A stretch of DNA of 62,726 nt, filler included, from Squatina squatina (taxonomy: Eukaryota), in the NCBI GenBank assembly GCA_031763465.1. It is 4 parts of 3 records of this genome, joined end to end, with 100 filler letters (N's around TTAATTAATTAA, not from the genome) between each part and the next. Parts side by side here need not be neighbours in the genome. Positions count along the whole stretch, not along the records: positions 1 to 13,942 come from JARFOE010000163.1; 3 more parts are not named here. One strand, written 5' to 3'. Made by a program: the position numbers and the translations under genes. The notes under the pieces were generated by a model. It saw only the letters and a list, made by a program, of their open reading frames with translations, had not been told where the DNA came from and did not search any database. This document shows positions 1 through 12,073 of the stretch, one piece after another (within the stretch, counting starts at the first letter, position 1; each line of letters opens with the position of its first letter).

Positions 1-232
1 TCAGAGGGTCTGTGCCCTATCCAATAAGCTAAATACAATGAAAGTGGTTTCTGTTAGATCCTTGGGCAACACTATATTGCCAGATATTTTGCAGGTAAGC
101 TCACACTTGGGTTTGTAGGGAGGGAGTGCTCTCTTACGAGCCTAGTCCTTGACGCCAAGTACAAGGGAGATACTGAGGTAAAACCCAAACATGTTAACAC
201 AAAGTTCAAAAATGTCTTACTTTCTCCCCTAG

Positions 233-541
<309 letters not shown>

Positions 542-1737
542 TAATAAAAGGAGGAGTTCATCTTGTCACGAGTCAGCTTGGGGAACGTTTTGGTGCAGGG
601 ACGTTCGACCGTGGTGGCATCGTTCGGGGCGGAGGGCGCAAAGGACCAGCAGGGCAGCCTTTACCCCACTCCCCACCACCCCCCATACCTTCTCCACACC
701 ATCAATCCCTTCCTCACCCCACACCCACCCNNNNNNNNNNNNNNNNNNNNNNNNNNNNNNNNNNNNNNNNNNNNNNNNNNNNNNNNNNNNNNNNNNNNNN
801 NNNNNNNNNNNNNNNNNNNNNNNNNNNNNNAATCAGAGCGCTGGCAGGGTTTAATGATAATTAAGCCTTTCCTTTTTGATTTGAACAGAATGCTTCGTTG
901 TTGGATTTGGCATTTGGTTAACTCCCAAAACTTCTTGTAAAACTGCAGAATTCCCCTGAAAAACTGCTATATCAGAGAGTTTGAGTACTGCCCTGTCCAA
1001 ACTAGTTTCCCGATAAATGATATTAGTGTCAGTAGATGGCTGAGAGCAGTCTTCTGTTACATCCTGTGACATGTTGACTATAAATCTAACCCTGGGCTGT
1101 TCCACCAATTCCAACGAGAAGCTCGGGTTAACCCTGTGTCTCCATAGGTTTTTCTACTTTCCATTCCAAATCCTTGCAGCTCCGTTTTGCTGTCGGTGTG
1201 AGACAGTAGCTATCCCTGTGAGGGAGGGAGGGGAGGGTGGAGGCTGCGGTGCACAGAATGGCGATAGTCCCATTGAAAAGGCAGCGTAAGAGTGGTAAAT
1301 GTGGAGGTTGAGAATTCAGCAGCAGCCATGATGGGGGTGTAATAAGAGCAGTTATTAATCACCTCAGTGCTTTGGGGTTAAAAGCTCTTTTGTCATCTCA
1401 TTTTAGACTGTGAGAACATTCCGTCTTTATCAAAATCAAATACTAGTGGGTTTGGCTGGCAGCCAAGCTTTTGACAATCCAAGTGTGTAACTGGAGTAAC
1501 TGCTCTGGCAGACACTGACAGCTCGCACCCTGAGGGATGGGCTCGCAGTAAACAATGTTCTTAGCCAAAGAACGGCGCAGCATGGGCGTCGAGAGCCAGC
1601 ACGGGCCAAACAACCTCGCCGGCCCCCATTTAAACGATTACCGAAAAAAAGAGCTCGGGCCCGGGCCCCTCAACGGACCACGGGCTCCCTCTCTCCCTCT
1701 CAACAGCCCTGCAGGGCAGTCATATCAAAAACAAGAG

Positions 1738-1896
1738 CAGGGGAGTTCTCCCGGTATCCTGGCCAATATTTATCTCCCAACACCTAAAACATGATCTGGT
1801 CATTTCTTTAATTGCCGATTGTGGGAGATGACTGCGCGCAAATCAGCTGCCAGATTTGTTACGTTACAATAGTGACTCCATTTCTAAAAGTAATTG
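1738..1896 (+). mobile_element. Deu-domain (SacSINE1/AmnSINE-like) SINE fragment, cut by a gap
   Basis: ggggagttctcc...tcctggccaatatttatc...tgtgggag..tgcgcgcaaat..gctgcc matches the SINE copies at 16322-16985 and 34058-34257. Boundaries approximate. Confidence 0.55.
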
Positions 1897-2016
1897 NNNN
1901 NNNNNNNNNNNNNNNNNNNNNNNNNNNNNNNNNNNNNNNNNNNNNNNNNNNNNNNNNNNNNNNNNNNNNNNNNNNNNNNNNNNNNNNNNNNNNNNNTTTT
2001 GTTTCACTCCCTGTAG

Positions 2017-2198
2017 GTGGCTTGGGATGTGTACCCACCATATTTGAACCGGTTGTGTTGGAGAGCCCAAATGGATTAGAGCTTATTCAAACTGTGGAAT
2101 TGTGTGAGGTGAGAGAGAAGTGCTACAGACTGTCCCATGTGGAGCATTACTATGTGATCACCATTAACCCCAGCGGTGAGAAGGAAGAGGGGCTCAAG
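2017..2198 (+). CDS. pnhd: Internal exon of Pinhead (secreted cysteine-rich protein)
   Basis: Acceptor cactccctgtag, donor ctcaag|gtactg, phase 1/0. Encodes (G)GLGCVPTIFEPVVLESPNGLELIQTVELCEVREKCYRLSHVEHYYVITINPSGEKEEGLK and splices in frame to EIDVGRCLG. Lies upstream of admp on the same strand. Confidence 0.75.
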
Positions 2199-2307
2199 GT
2201 ACTGGAGGTGTTAATTACTCAGCAGCTGCAGTTTGCTCAGTGTTTGGCTGTTGTTCATGCGCAGGTTCCTGAAGTGACTGTGCCTCTTTGTTGTGATAAT
2301 CTTGCAG

Positions 2308-2366
2308 GAAATCGATGTTGGCAGATGTTTGGGAGTGTGTACTGCAGGAAGTGGCTGTCTCCTGAG
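2308..2366 (+). CDS. pnhd: Next Pinhead exon
   Basis: Acceptor aatcttgcag, donor ctgag|gtaagc, 59 nt, phase 0/2. Encodes EIDVGRCLGVCTAGSGCLL(R/S); the DVG.C.G.C motif is typical of Pinhead repeats. It is out of frame with the ORF-track protein. Confidence 0.75.
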
Positions 2367-2689
2367 GTAAGCACAGCTGGTCCTGGGTCTCCTCCCCACC
2401 CCCACGAGTATCTCTTTTCCAAAAGACACAGTCCGATGCTGAGTTTCACTTACAGCGCTGTGCCAGCGGCAACCTTGACTTTTGTGGCAGATCTGGAAGA
2501 TAAATGAGTTGGTATTGCTGCTTTCAGAGACTTGGACGCCAAACTCAAGAGGTGGTTTTCCCCTGCACTGCTGCGAGTAGCAGAACTGGTTAAAAAATAT
2601 ATACTTTGAATGGGGTAAGGCTGGGTGATGAGGAAGAGTAAATGAATTTAGGGGTTCAGGTTTAACAGATATTAAAAGCAGCACCTCAA

Positions 2690-3400
2690 ATGGATAAGGC
2701 CAAAAAAGCTAATAGCATACAGTGTTTTAGAATATTACAGTAAAGATGTAATGGCAAATTTATATAAACCATAGTAAGATCACAGCTGAAGTACTATGTG
2801 CAGTTTTTGGCTTCACACTATCGCAAGGATGTTGAGACAACAGAGAGGGTACAGTGCAGAGTCAACAGAATGCTGCCTGCTATGAGGAAATACAAATATA
2901 AAGACTAACTTGAAAAATTGGAGCTGTTTTTGTTTGAAAAGAGATTACAGGGTGATTTAATAAAGATGCTTGAAATTGTGAGAGGATGGGACAGAACTGA
3001 TAGAAACAAACTCTTTCCACAGTGATTCAGGGGCCTAGAATAAGGGGATAGGGATTTAAGATTAAATGCAAGAGATTTAGGATGGAGAGCAGCAGCAACA
3101 TTTTACACAGAGAGTTGTGTGAGGCTGTGGGATGTACTATATGAGTCAATGATTGAAGCAGAGACCATGGGCTAGAATATCCATGGGCTTCTGCCGACCT
3201 CGTGCAGCAACATCGGCAGAATTCCCGGGCCAACGGCATAAGCAGCTGTTTATGCAGTTTCTCCGGGTTTCTGCCGAACTTACGGAGGGAGAGCGGGAGA
3301 ATCCCTGCGGAAATTCTACCGCCATGTCCACATTTAAGAATAGGTTAGAGAGGTGGTTGAAAGAAAAGGAGATAAAGGGATAAGGGAACGGGGCAGGGAT
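2690..3400 (+). mobile_element. Degenerate CR1 LINE, 3' part of ORF2, interrupted by a MITE
   Basis: Decayed CR1 motifs: agatcacagctgaagtactatgtgcagttttgg (RxxLEYCVQFW-like) and ttttacacagagagttgtg. Boundaries approximate. Confidence 0.65.
3169..3323. mobile_element. ~155 bp palindromic MITE (PIF/Harbinger-like) inserted in CR1
   Basis: Imperfect terminal inverted repeats ggctagaatatcc / ggaaattctaccgcc and internal inverted symmetry. CCATG flanks both sides, and removing the insert restores CR1 continuity. Confidence 0.6.
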
Positions 3401-4899
3401 TGAATGGTTGAATGAATGAATGAATTTGCTTTGATGCTAACGAAGCAGCTCAGCAAGATGAAGTTACCTTCAGAAGATGCAGCAGCACAGGAGTGGAAAT
3501 AAACAGGGAAACATCATCAACTGAGAAATAAAAGCCAGAGATAATTCATTGTTTTATTACTATGATGTTAAACATCAGGGCTCTTCATTCCGATCTATTG
3601 AAAGGATCTGCACACTTCCAGGGTCTTTCTGATTAGAATTTGATTCCGTCTTTCACCCCTTTCTGCCAAACTGCTTTAAGAGACCATAACAACATTAGTG
3701 GATGAATGCTTAGTGTATTCCTAAAGCGTTCCTCTGATCACTATTTCAGGGGAGGTGTTGGCTCGTTTAAATTACTGCCGTGTTAAAATAGTGGACAGAG
3801 ATGTGAACATGTTAAGTGATGATCCACTGATAACACCAACAATCATTTCTAGGCTCACATGTCTTTAGATCCTTAATTTAAAAGTGAGACCTTTAACATG
3901 TAGAATGCACAGGTTCCTTACTTCCACAGTTTTTTTCAACTAAAATCTTCAGGTTTTTGATGCACAAGACAGGCCTCACTTAATCACAAAATACTGCTTT
4001 ACCTCAGCTCCTCTGTGACTCTTTTCAACCTTGGTATCCAGCACTATAGACCTTGGCCCTTCATCTTAGGTTCTGCAATCTTAAAAAGGCTCAAAAAATG
4101 AAAATGAATATGCTCCACTTACACAGTATAAACATCACCATATCCTTTAATAAAACACATGCAGGTCAACACAATGTTACAGGCAGGATAAAAGAAAGCT
4201 AACTCACTGGGAGGGACCCAGTCTCTGTAACTCACTGAGAGGTACCCAGAATCTTTGCAACTCACTAAGAGGTATCCGATCTCTGTGTAAGTCAATAAGA
4301 ACTCTCCAGGTTCTGTATGACACTTCGATATAGCTATATTGTCTTTTTTTAATAATATTTAGTACTGAGGGGATGTGTTCTGTAATTGTTCTTTTCAGTG
4401 CACAAAGTATTAATTATTGTCAGAAGATTTCTTTGCTGTCATTCCCTCGTGATGTACACTTACAGGAGCACAGTTCAGCTTAATTTTACCAGTTTGTTTC
4501 AGAGCATGAATTGCACAAAGCTTGCTTTCCCATGTATATTCTGTACGGTTCCCTGTGTGCTTCTGAGTTCTGTTTGCTTTTACTTNNNNNNNNNNNNNNN
4601 NNNNNNNNNNNNNNNNNNNNNNNNNNNNNNNNNNNNNNNNNNNNNNNNNNNNNNNNNNNNNNNNNNNNNNNNNNNNNNNNNNNNNACTGAAAGCCATAAT
4701 GGCACACATGATTAACAGGCATGGCTCCATAACAGAAATCTGCTCATGATTTGACACCAAATTGGTAGTCTCACTCAAAGGCCACAAGGGTGCATTGAAA
4801 ATAAATTTCACACGTCTACAGAAAATGGTGTAGGATTAGATTAAAAGTGAAGTGGAAAGAGATCTCTGAGCAATAGCAGATTCAGTTCATAACATGTTA

Positions 4900-5450
4900 A
4901 ATCAATGTGGAGCTGCAATAAACAAGACAACAGAATTCCATGATCATTTGTGTATGTCAGAAGGTATCATGCTATAATTGTACAGTGCCCTGATCTGACT
5001 GCATCTTAAACGCTGTGTTCAGTTTTGATTACCAAGGTATAAAGGCAATATTCAATCCATGGAGAGAGTACAAAGAAAAGTCATAAGGCTGATCCCCATC
5101 ATTAAAAGACTGAGTTTCCCAGGAATGGCTAGAGGAACTGGGACTTTTTAAACCTTTAAAAATAGATGACGCAGAGGGGCCGCCTTTAAATTAAGTGGCA
5201 TAGATAAGATTAATCCAATGCACTGCCTCAAGATGTGCTGGGATACTAGAACAAGCGGGACATAAGTTAAAAATGGTTCAAGTAAAATTTAGGACAGATG
5301 TTGAGAAGAACTTCACACAAAAAGTAAATGGGCTTCCAGGTAAGGAAGTGGCGATGAAAATCATAGTCTTTCAAAGGACATAACTTGCTGGAGGTTTTCC
5401 GTATTCTGGATGGATGAGTGCAGATGGGCCGAGTAGCCTCTCAAATATGT
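4900..5450 (+). mobile_element. Highly degenerate CR1 LINE 3' region
   Basis: ctgtgttcagttttg, ggagagagtacaaagaa, aaatttaggacagatgttgagaagaacttc and a 3' gatgggccgagtagcct tail. Boundaries approximate. Confidence 0.5.
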
Positions 5451-5664
5451 CCATCTTGACTGGAAAATGGAAATGTCATACTGGTGCAATAGGAGCTGCT
5501 GTCCTGAGGTTGGGGTTAAGGTCCATTGTTTAGGCAGAATAAAGGGAGGTTTACTCTACATCTGACACCTGCTATACCTAGCCTGGCAGTGCTTCATGAG
5601 ACGTAATGTAGGGAGCCTTACTCTGCATGTACTTGACTGATGAAAGATTTGTTTATTTGTGCAG

Positions 5665-5860
5665 GTCTATGCCTGGACACAGAATAAAGAGAGTAACAAG
5701 GGCTTGCTGGTCATTGTGCGAACTCTAGCTGGACAGCAGCTCAACAATCCCATTGTCCGCTTCGCCACAGGCAGAGACCATCACAACAGCAAACTGCCAA
5801 TGCTGGTCCTCTTCACAGATGACGAGAGGAGAAGGATTGCCACCTCCAGTTCCTTAACAG
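5665..5860 (+). CDS. admp: ADMP (anti-dorsalizing morphogenetic protein) prodomain exon
   Basis: Acceptor tttgtgcag, donor acag|gtaaag, phase 0/1. Encodes VYAWTQNKESNKGLLVIVRTLAGQQLNNPIVRFATGRDHHNSKLPMLVLFTDDERRR...; RFAxGRDHHxSKxPMLVLFTDD is characteristic of ADMP. Confidence 0.85.
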
Positions 5861-7618
5861 GTAAAGTCCTCGTGATTGGCACAAAAGTGTAGGATCCACC
5901 TCGCTACTCCACGGTGTTAAAAAAAAAAGGCTGTCATTGGACATGTGCCTGTACAAGTTGGTTTAATCTCAGTCAGGTCCCTGTAGATGGTCTCCCTCTA
6001 GATCCATTTAGAGTTGCAACTGTATTTCTATTCAGTCACAAGATTAACCTTCAATTCCTGATGGCTAAGAGGGTTCCTGCACTGTCGTCTGTACTGCTCA
6101 GGTCTGCGTGACAGCAGGGTGTAGATTCAATTCATAATCTTTGGTGTTAGCTTGGACAGAATTACAGGCATGACAATTAGCCTTAGTTTTACCAGGCTGA
6201 GAGGGGAGAAAAAATCAGCCAGTGTACCCACTCCTGACTGCTATTATAAGGATAGGCTGGCTCATTCAGTTTCCTCCACCTTATGTGGTAGCTGTTTATC
6301 TTTTTAATCCCAATTCCTCTCCTTTTACAAATCACTTAATATCCTTACTTCCCATGCAAGTATCTATTGCCTTTTCAAACATCTAAATTATTTCTGCGTC
6401 TAACCAATGACTAAAGTGCATGTGAGAGGGTGCTGGTTAATGACAGGATTTGGCTGTGAATAGGCAACTAAAGCTCATTATTTAGGCTCACACTTGAAGC
6501 CAGGTGGGTGAGGTACTGGGGAGCTGGTGCAGTCTGTGGAACTACACCTAACAAGGAGGGGAAGAGGAGAGAGCCTGTGTGTGGTTTTAAATAGTGAATG
6601 GTAATGACATTATCAGGGATCAATCTTTCTCACTTCAAAGATTTACTGAGCTGNNNNNNNNNNNNNNNNNNNNNNNNNNNNNNNNNNNNNNNNNNNNNNN
6701 NNNNNNNNNNNNNNNNNNNNNNNNNNNNNNNNNNNNNNNNNNNNNNNNNNNNNNNNNNNNNNNNNNNNNNNNNNNNNNNNNNNNNNNNNNNNNNNNNNNN
6801 NNNNNNNNNNNNNNNNNNNNNNNNNNNNNNNNNNNNNNNNNNNNNNNNNNNNNNNNNNNNNNNNNNNNNNNNNNNNNNNNNNNNNNNNNNNNNNNNNNNN
6901 NNNNNNNNNNNNNNNNNNNNNNNNNNNNNNNNNNNNNNNNNNNNNNNNNNNNNNNNNCTGGAAGGCATTACCAAGCCAGAAAGCGCGAGGGAGCTGGTTG
7001 AGGGTCATTAACAGGATGTTAACAGAGAGGAGTTTGACAGCATGACTACACTGCCTCATTAATGAATCAGATACAGTGGCCTGGACTTTCCTCATCGGCA
7101 CATTTACTGCCAGAGGTGCACTAGAACTTTGCTTCAACCTGCTGGTGTTATACCACCAAGAGCCAGTGTATCTTCATGACAAATTCATGGAGTGATTAGA
7201 ACCCACTATAGGCAGCCTATCCCTGGGAGTGGAAACTGCAGTACGGCTGCAGCAGCTGAAAAAGTCAAAGCTATTATAGCTCACGTCACTATCAGGCTGG
7301 TGCTTCTTTAAGTTTGTTTGCTTGGTGCCTTTAAAGACTTTTCACTTGAAGTAATCCAACAAAGCAGGATCCACTTTTTTTTTCCATAAATTGATTTCAG
7401 CCAAGGGGACAGTTAACCAAGTACAGGAATGAGAAAGTTGAATTCTTACTGACACTATGCAGACTCACAAGAAAGGCTTCTGGGATAAGTGCTGGTGCCT
7501 GTGAAACTCCAACAATGTCTTAACAAAAATGCTCCCTTGTCCTTTTTCTTCTTAAATTTGACACCTGTAGTACATTTTAGATGATTTCACAGTTATTAAT
7601 TATATTCTACACTTTCAG

Positions 7619-7876
7619 ATGTTGCCACAGAGACTCCATTTCTCCCTGATGCAACACTCCAGAACAAAGTAAGACAGAGCCGGAGCACTAGGTCCTTGGA
7701 TTTCCTAGCGTGTCAGAGGTATCCTCTATATGTAGACTTTGAAGAGATTGGTTGGTCTGGTTGGATTATCTCCCCTCGGGGTTACAATGCCTACCACTGT
7801 AAAGGAGCATGTGTCTTCCCATTGGGCCAAAACATGAGACCCACCAACCACGCCACTGTTCAGTCCATTATCAATG
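7619..7876 (+). CDS. admp: ADMP exon with furin site and TGF-beta mature domain, truncated by a gap
   Basis: Acceptor actttcag, phase 1, matching the previous exon. Encodes (D)VATETPFLPDATLQNKVRQSRSTR|SLDFLACQRYPLYVDFEEIGWSGWIISPRGYNAYHCKGACVFPLGQNMRPTNHATVQSIIN. Confidence 0.9.
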
Positions 7877-9261
7877 NNNNNNNNNNNNNNNNNNNNNNNN
7901 NNNNNNNNNNNNNNNNNNNNNNNNNNNNNNNNNNNNNNNNNNNNNNNNNNNNNNNNNNNNNNNNNNNNNNNNNNNNATGGCAGCCAATTTCCACACAGTA
8001 AGGTCCTACAACCAACAATTAAATGAATTACAAAATAATTATTATTGGTCATATTTTATTCCAAACCTCATGTTGGGACACTGGGACAATGATCTTCAGG
8101 GTTTATATTCAGCACGGGACAGAATCTCCCCCAGAATTCCCCCCTCCCACCCCAGTTGCTAAGACATACTCACTAAAATAGGCTCAGCCCAAGATGCCTT
8201 GGCAAGGGTGATGCTGCCAGTAATCTAGAAAATTAGACCAGGTTTGGAAAAGTTCACGGCTGGAGGTGAGCACAATCTTTTCTAGCTGAGTCTTAACAAT
8301 GTTATTACAAACCTTTGCACTGTTACTGTTCTGCTGGGAAAACAAAGCAGATGTATGAAGGAGGCAGGTGCGGTATAGGAAAGTCATATGGATTAAGGTG
8401 TGGAAGAAATACAGCCACTCAGGCCATTGAACCTACTCTTTCCAATGGGCCTGTTGAACAGCTTCTTAAGGGTTTTTGCCCCTCCCTATTTTTCCAATTT
8501 TACTCATAGAGTGCACGACCAAAGAAAGCAGTCTACTTTTCATGGCCTTTTGCTGACTTGCATTTTCACATCCAGGATAGGTGTACATACCCTACTAATC
8601 CCAAGCCCATATAAAATCTGTGAAGGGTGGGACACTCAGTTGCTAGAGTAATAGGCCTGTATCTGTATGGTAGCAAGTTCAAAATGGGTAATATCAATAT
8701 GAGGAAAAGTATGGGATCCATGAGTAACCATTTTATCATGGAAATTGACAATAGGCACTCTTAGGTCAATCCTATGAATACGCTGTACTCTGAATTGTCC
8801 TATCGGCCACATGGCAACATTAGCTGTAAATTTGTATCATCATAAAGAAATATTGGTCTGTCAATGTACATTTTCCCAAGATTATATTAGATCCACAGAA
8901 GTGTCATAAGATTGCCCTTAAGGAGATTATCAACTGTGATTAAACAGACAGGAGCCACATTAAAGCAGCTTAAAAACATGCAAATGCTGTAAGATGCTGG
9001 GATTACTCTGGTACTAGTCAGCACACAGTATCTCCAATAAATATAGGACTTTGACAGTATGCACACCTGCCTGATACATGCAGTGCTCCGAAGCACACCA
9101 CACATACAGTCACCTAAATGGTGAAGCACATACACACACACTCAGATATAAACTAATCTCCTGCTTCCATTGATGGCCTTGTAGAAGTGCAGAGACTACA
9201 CCCAGTACTTTGTCATTAATAATAAAAATTCACCACCATCGTTCTCTTTGTTAATTTGTAG

Positions 9262-9514
9262 AAAAGGTAGCGATTAAGATCATGGATAAAAAGCGTCTGA
9301 TCCACAAGACACGGCAACTGTTCACAAGTGAAGTTTTGAGTATGGAACAACTTCATCATCCGAACATCATTCGGCTGTACGAGGTGCTGGAGACACAAAC
9401 TCGGCTGCACCTGGTCTTGGAAGATGCTGAGTGAGGGGATCGGTTCACCTAGATCTGCACGCAAGGACGGCTCTTGGAATATGAGAGTAAATTTATATTT
9501 GTTCAGATTGTATC
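9262..9514 (+). pseudogene. NIM1K-like (AMPK-related) Ser/Thr kinase exon with two in-frame stops
   Basis: Acceptor taatttgtag. Translates as (E)KVAIKIMDKKRLIHKTRQLFTSEVLSMEQLHHPNIIRLYEVLETQTRLHLVLEDAE*GDRFT*ICTQGRLLEYESKFIFVQIV. TGA at 9432-9434 and TAG at 9450-9452; kinase similarity continues past both stops. Confidence 0.75.
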
Positions 9515-10315
9515 NNNNNNNNNNNNNNNNNNNNNNNNNNNNNNNNNNNNNNNNNNNNNNNNNNNNNNNNNNNNNNNNNNNNNNNNNNNNNNNNNNNNNN
9601 NNNNNNNNNNNNNNAACTTCGTCTCTGGTTGCTGCTTCTCATGATGGCCATGCGTTTTACATGCACACTACATTTCATTTCATAAATAAGTACTAAATTT
9701 TCCTTTGCATTAGGAAGTGCACAGTGCTATGATGCTTTTCACATAATATGCTTGCATATTTCCAAGGCTTCATTTCCAGATCATAGGTCATGATGCTGAA
9801 GGCAAGTGTAATTCTAGAATCCTGAGAAGCGTTCGTACATGAATAGAATATCTATCTGCCAGCTATAAGGTAGTTTGAAGACTGAAGATGTTGAGAGGAA
9901 TGACCAACAGAACCATACCAGTTAGGGCAAGTCTTACACAGGAACTTACACAGTGAGTTCCTAATCTCTGTTGTGCTGATTAGATGGAATGCACCCGTTC
10001 GTTTTTTTTCAGTTGCATTGACCAATTAGTTAGCTATACAATTGTGTGCATCTGAAGGGGAGGTAAAACTTCAAAACAATCTCTTGTTTTGGATATTATC
10101 ACTTATAGATTTGTGGGGAATGTTTCGAGCATTGTTGTGGCCTATTCAGTCAGGTGTGCCACTTTTATTCTGTTTCTGTCTTAGAGCTGTTCAAAGAGAC
10201 TGCAGTAGCTAGATTCCTGTGGAGATGAAACTCTTATGTAGTCCTAACGGAACAGTCATTCTCTACAGGTTGCCAAACCTTGCTACAATTATCTTATTGT
10301 AATTTCTCTTTATAG

Positions 10316-10408
10316 GCCTCGTTGGCTCAGCCTATCATGTTGTTGCATTCCCACCTACAAATGCTGTTGAAGCAGTGCAGAGAGCAGCCAATGGCACCTT
10401 AACTATGG
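10316..10408 (+). CDS. NDUFA11: NADH:ubiquinone oxidoreductase subunit A11, internal exon
   Basis: Acceptor ctctttatag, donor atgg|gtaagg, 93 nt, phase 1/1. Encodes (G)LVGSAYHVVAFPPTNAVEAVQRAANGTLTM. Confidence 0.8.
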
Positions 10409-11716
10409 GTAAGGACAGTTTTGTGCATGGTATTTTGTATTTTATTATTTGCAAAGAAGCTTGGTTCACTCAGTATGTTTCTCAGGAGAATCTATTTTCA
10501 ACAGAAACTTTCATTACTTTACTCCATTATATTTACCCTGGATGCTTGTGACCCGAGGGAATATAGCTCTATTGGGGTGTATAAATTCTTAGGAGACTGA
10601 CTTTGTTAGGGGTGCTTGAATCCCAGGGTCATTGTGCTTGGCTGTGGACACTATGGTATCACAACAATAAAAGAGAAAGTTTTAACTCCAGTATAAAAAT
10701 CACAGTGAAGTTAAAAGATAAACAGTTAAAATATTAAGGAAGGGAACTGGGGGTACCATATTGGTTGCACTTTTTGAACAGTTTGGAGGTGGCCTATAAA
10801 TCAGGACTCCACTTGTGATCACTTCAATAATTTTGCCGACAAACGTTAAAACAGGAATCAGGAGACTTGCACCAGTAATGCTGTTATGGGAACAAAGGCG
10901 ATGAAGGCAGTGACCTTGAAGAAGGTGGGGACAGTTCTGCAGGAAAGAGAACAGCTGATGCCAAAGTTTGGGACTGAAGAGTAAAGTTGTCCAATTAGGA
11001 GCTGGGACAGCAGATTGGGGAGCAGGTGGTTAGTTTCATTTATGGAGATGTGTTGAGGCCCGAGCAGGAAATGGAGAAACAGGATGAATTCGAGCTCTGA
11101 ATCATTACCGCAATGGGAGTACTTCATTAAGTATATCAATTATTAAATAATATAGTTCAATAGAGTAGACTAGATTATTACTTAAATCCACCAAGAAATT
11201 AAGACTAAGGGATACGGATGGAAATGAGTGTAAACTACATTTAGAACAAATAGCAGGAAAGTTTTAAAGCATGATGAATGTTCTTATTGGTTTACCAAGC
11301 AAAGTAATAAAGACAAAAACATTGGGATAATTTAAAATACATGTAGAATCCATGATGGGAGGGAAGGCATTTTTTGTTGCAACAGATGGGAGGTTTTCTC
11401 TTTTGCGTAAGAACATAAATGCAAAGAGAGAGAAGACATTTTCAGCCATCAAGGCTGCTTCATCCAGAGTCATTGTAGGATTATTTATCATGGGATGGTG
11501 TCCTACAGTGCCTGTGGATCTTTTACTTTAGAGGATACTAATTTCCTTCGCTGACCTCCCCATGAAGACATTAGTTTGTGTTAAGTACATTCTCAATCTT
11601 GCTAATTTTTAATGGTGCCATTTGATCTGAAATCAGCTACCTCATACTCTTGTTTTGTTTAGAGGGCTCTGTATATCGGAATGTAATAAGCCCGTGTCCA
11701 TTTGCTTGCCTTTTAG

Positions 11717-11839
11717 CTGCGCTTGGTGCAATGTTTGGAGTAGCCACCTGCCTAACTGCACATATCCGAGGAACCAAAGATGATCCATTGAATTATTTCA
11801 TTGGAGGTTGTGCTTCAGGAGTCCTCCTTGGAGTGCGAA
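11717..11839 (+). CDS. NDUFA11: NDUFA11, next internal exon
   Basis: Acceptor gccttttag, donor cgaa|gtgagt, 123 nt, phase 1/1. Encodes (A)ALGAMFGVATCLTAHIRGTKDDPLNYFIGGCASGVLLGVR, with the DDPLNYFIGGCA motif. Confidence 0.9.
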
Positions 11840-12073
11840 GTGAGTGTTCATTACAGCTGTGTTGGTGCTTGAATTCTTCTAGAAATTTCTGGTACAGGTC
11901 CCGGAAAGAGCTAAAGTCAAAAGTAATATTTCTCTTTAAGGAAGTTAAACATGTCAAAGAACTTATTAATGTTNNNNNNNNNNNNNNNNNNNNNNNNNNN
12001 NNNNNNNNNNNNNNNNNNNNNNNNNNNNNNNNNNNNNNNNNNNNNNNNNNNNNNNNNNNNNNNNNNNNNNNNN

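Noticed and set aside
1812-2507. 231-aa ORF read as one protein
   Set aside because: It spans a gap and reads through a 109-nt intron. The second pinhead exon is in a different frame.
7696-7876. BMP2/4 or GDF assignment for the TGF-beta domain
   Set aside because: LYVDFEEIGWSGWIISPRGYNAYHCKG, GQNMRPTNHA and the prodomain GRDHH..PMLVLFTDD motif fit ADMP better.
9432-9452. Selenocysteine or read-through explanation of the kinase stops
   Set aside because: Two different stops (TGA and TAG) at non-Cys positions with neighbouring decay are better explained by pseudogenisation.
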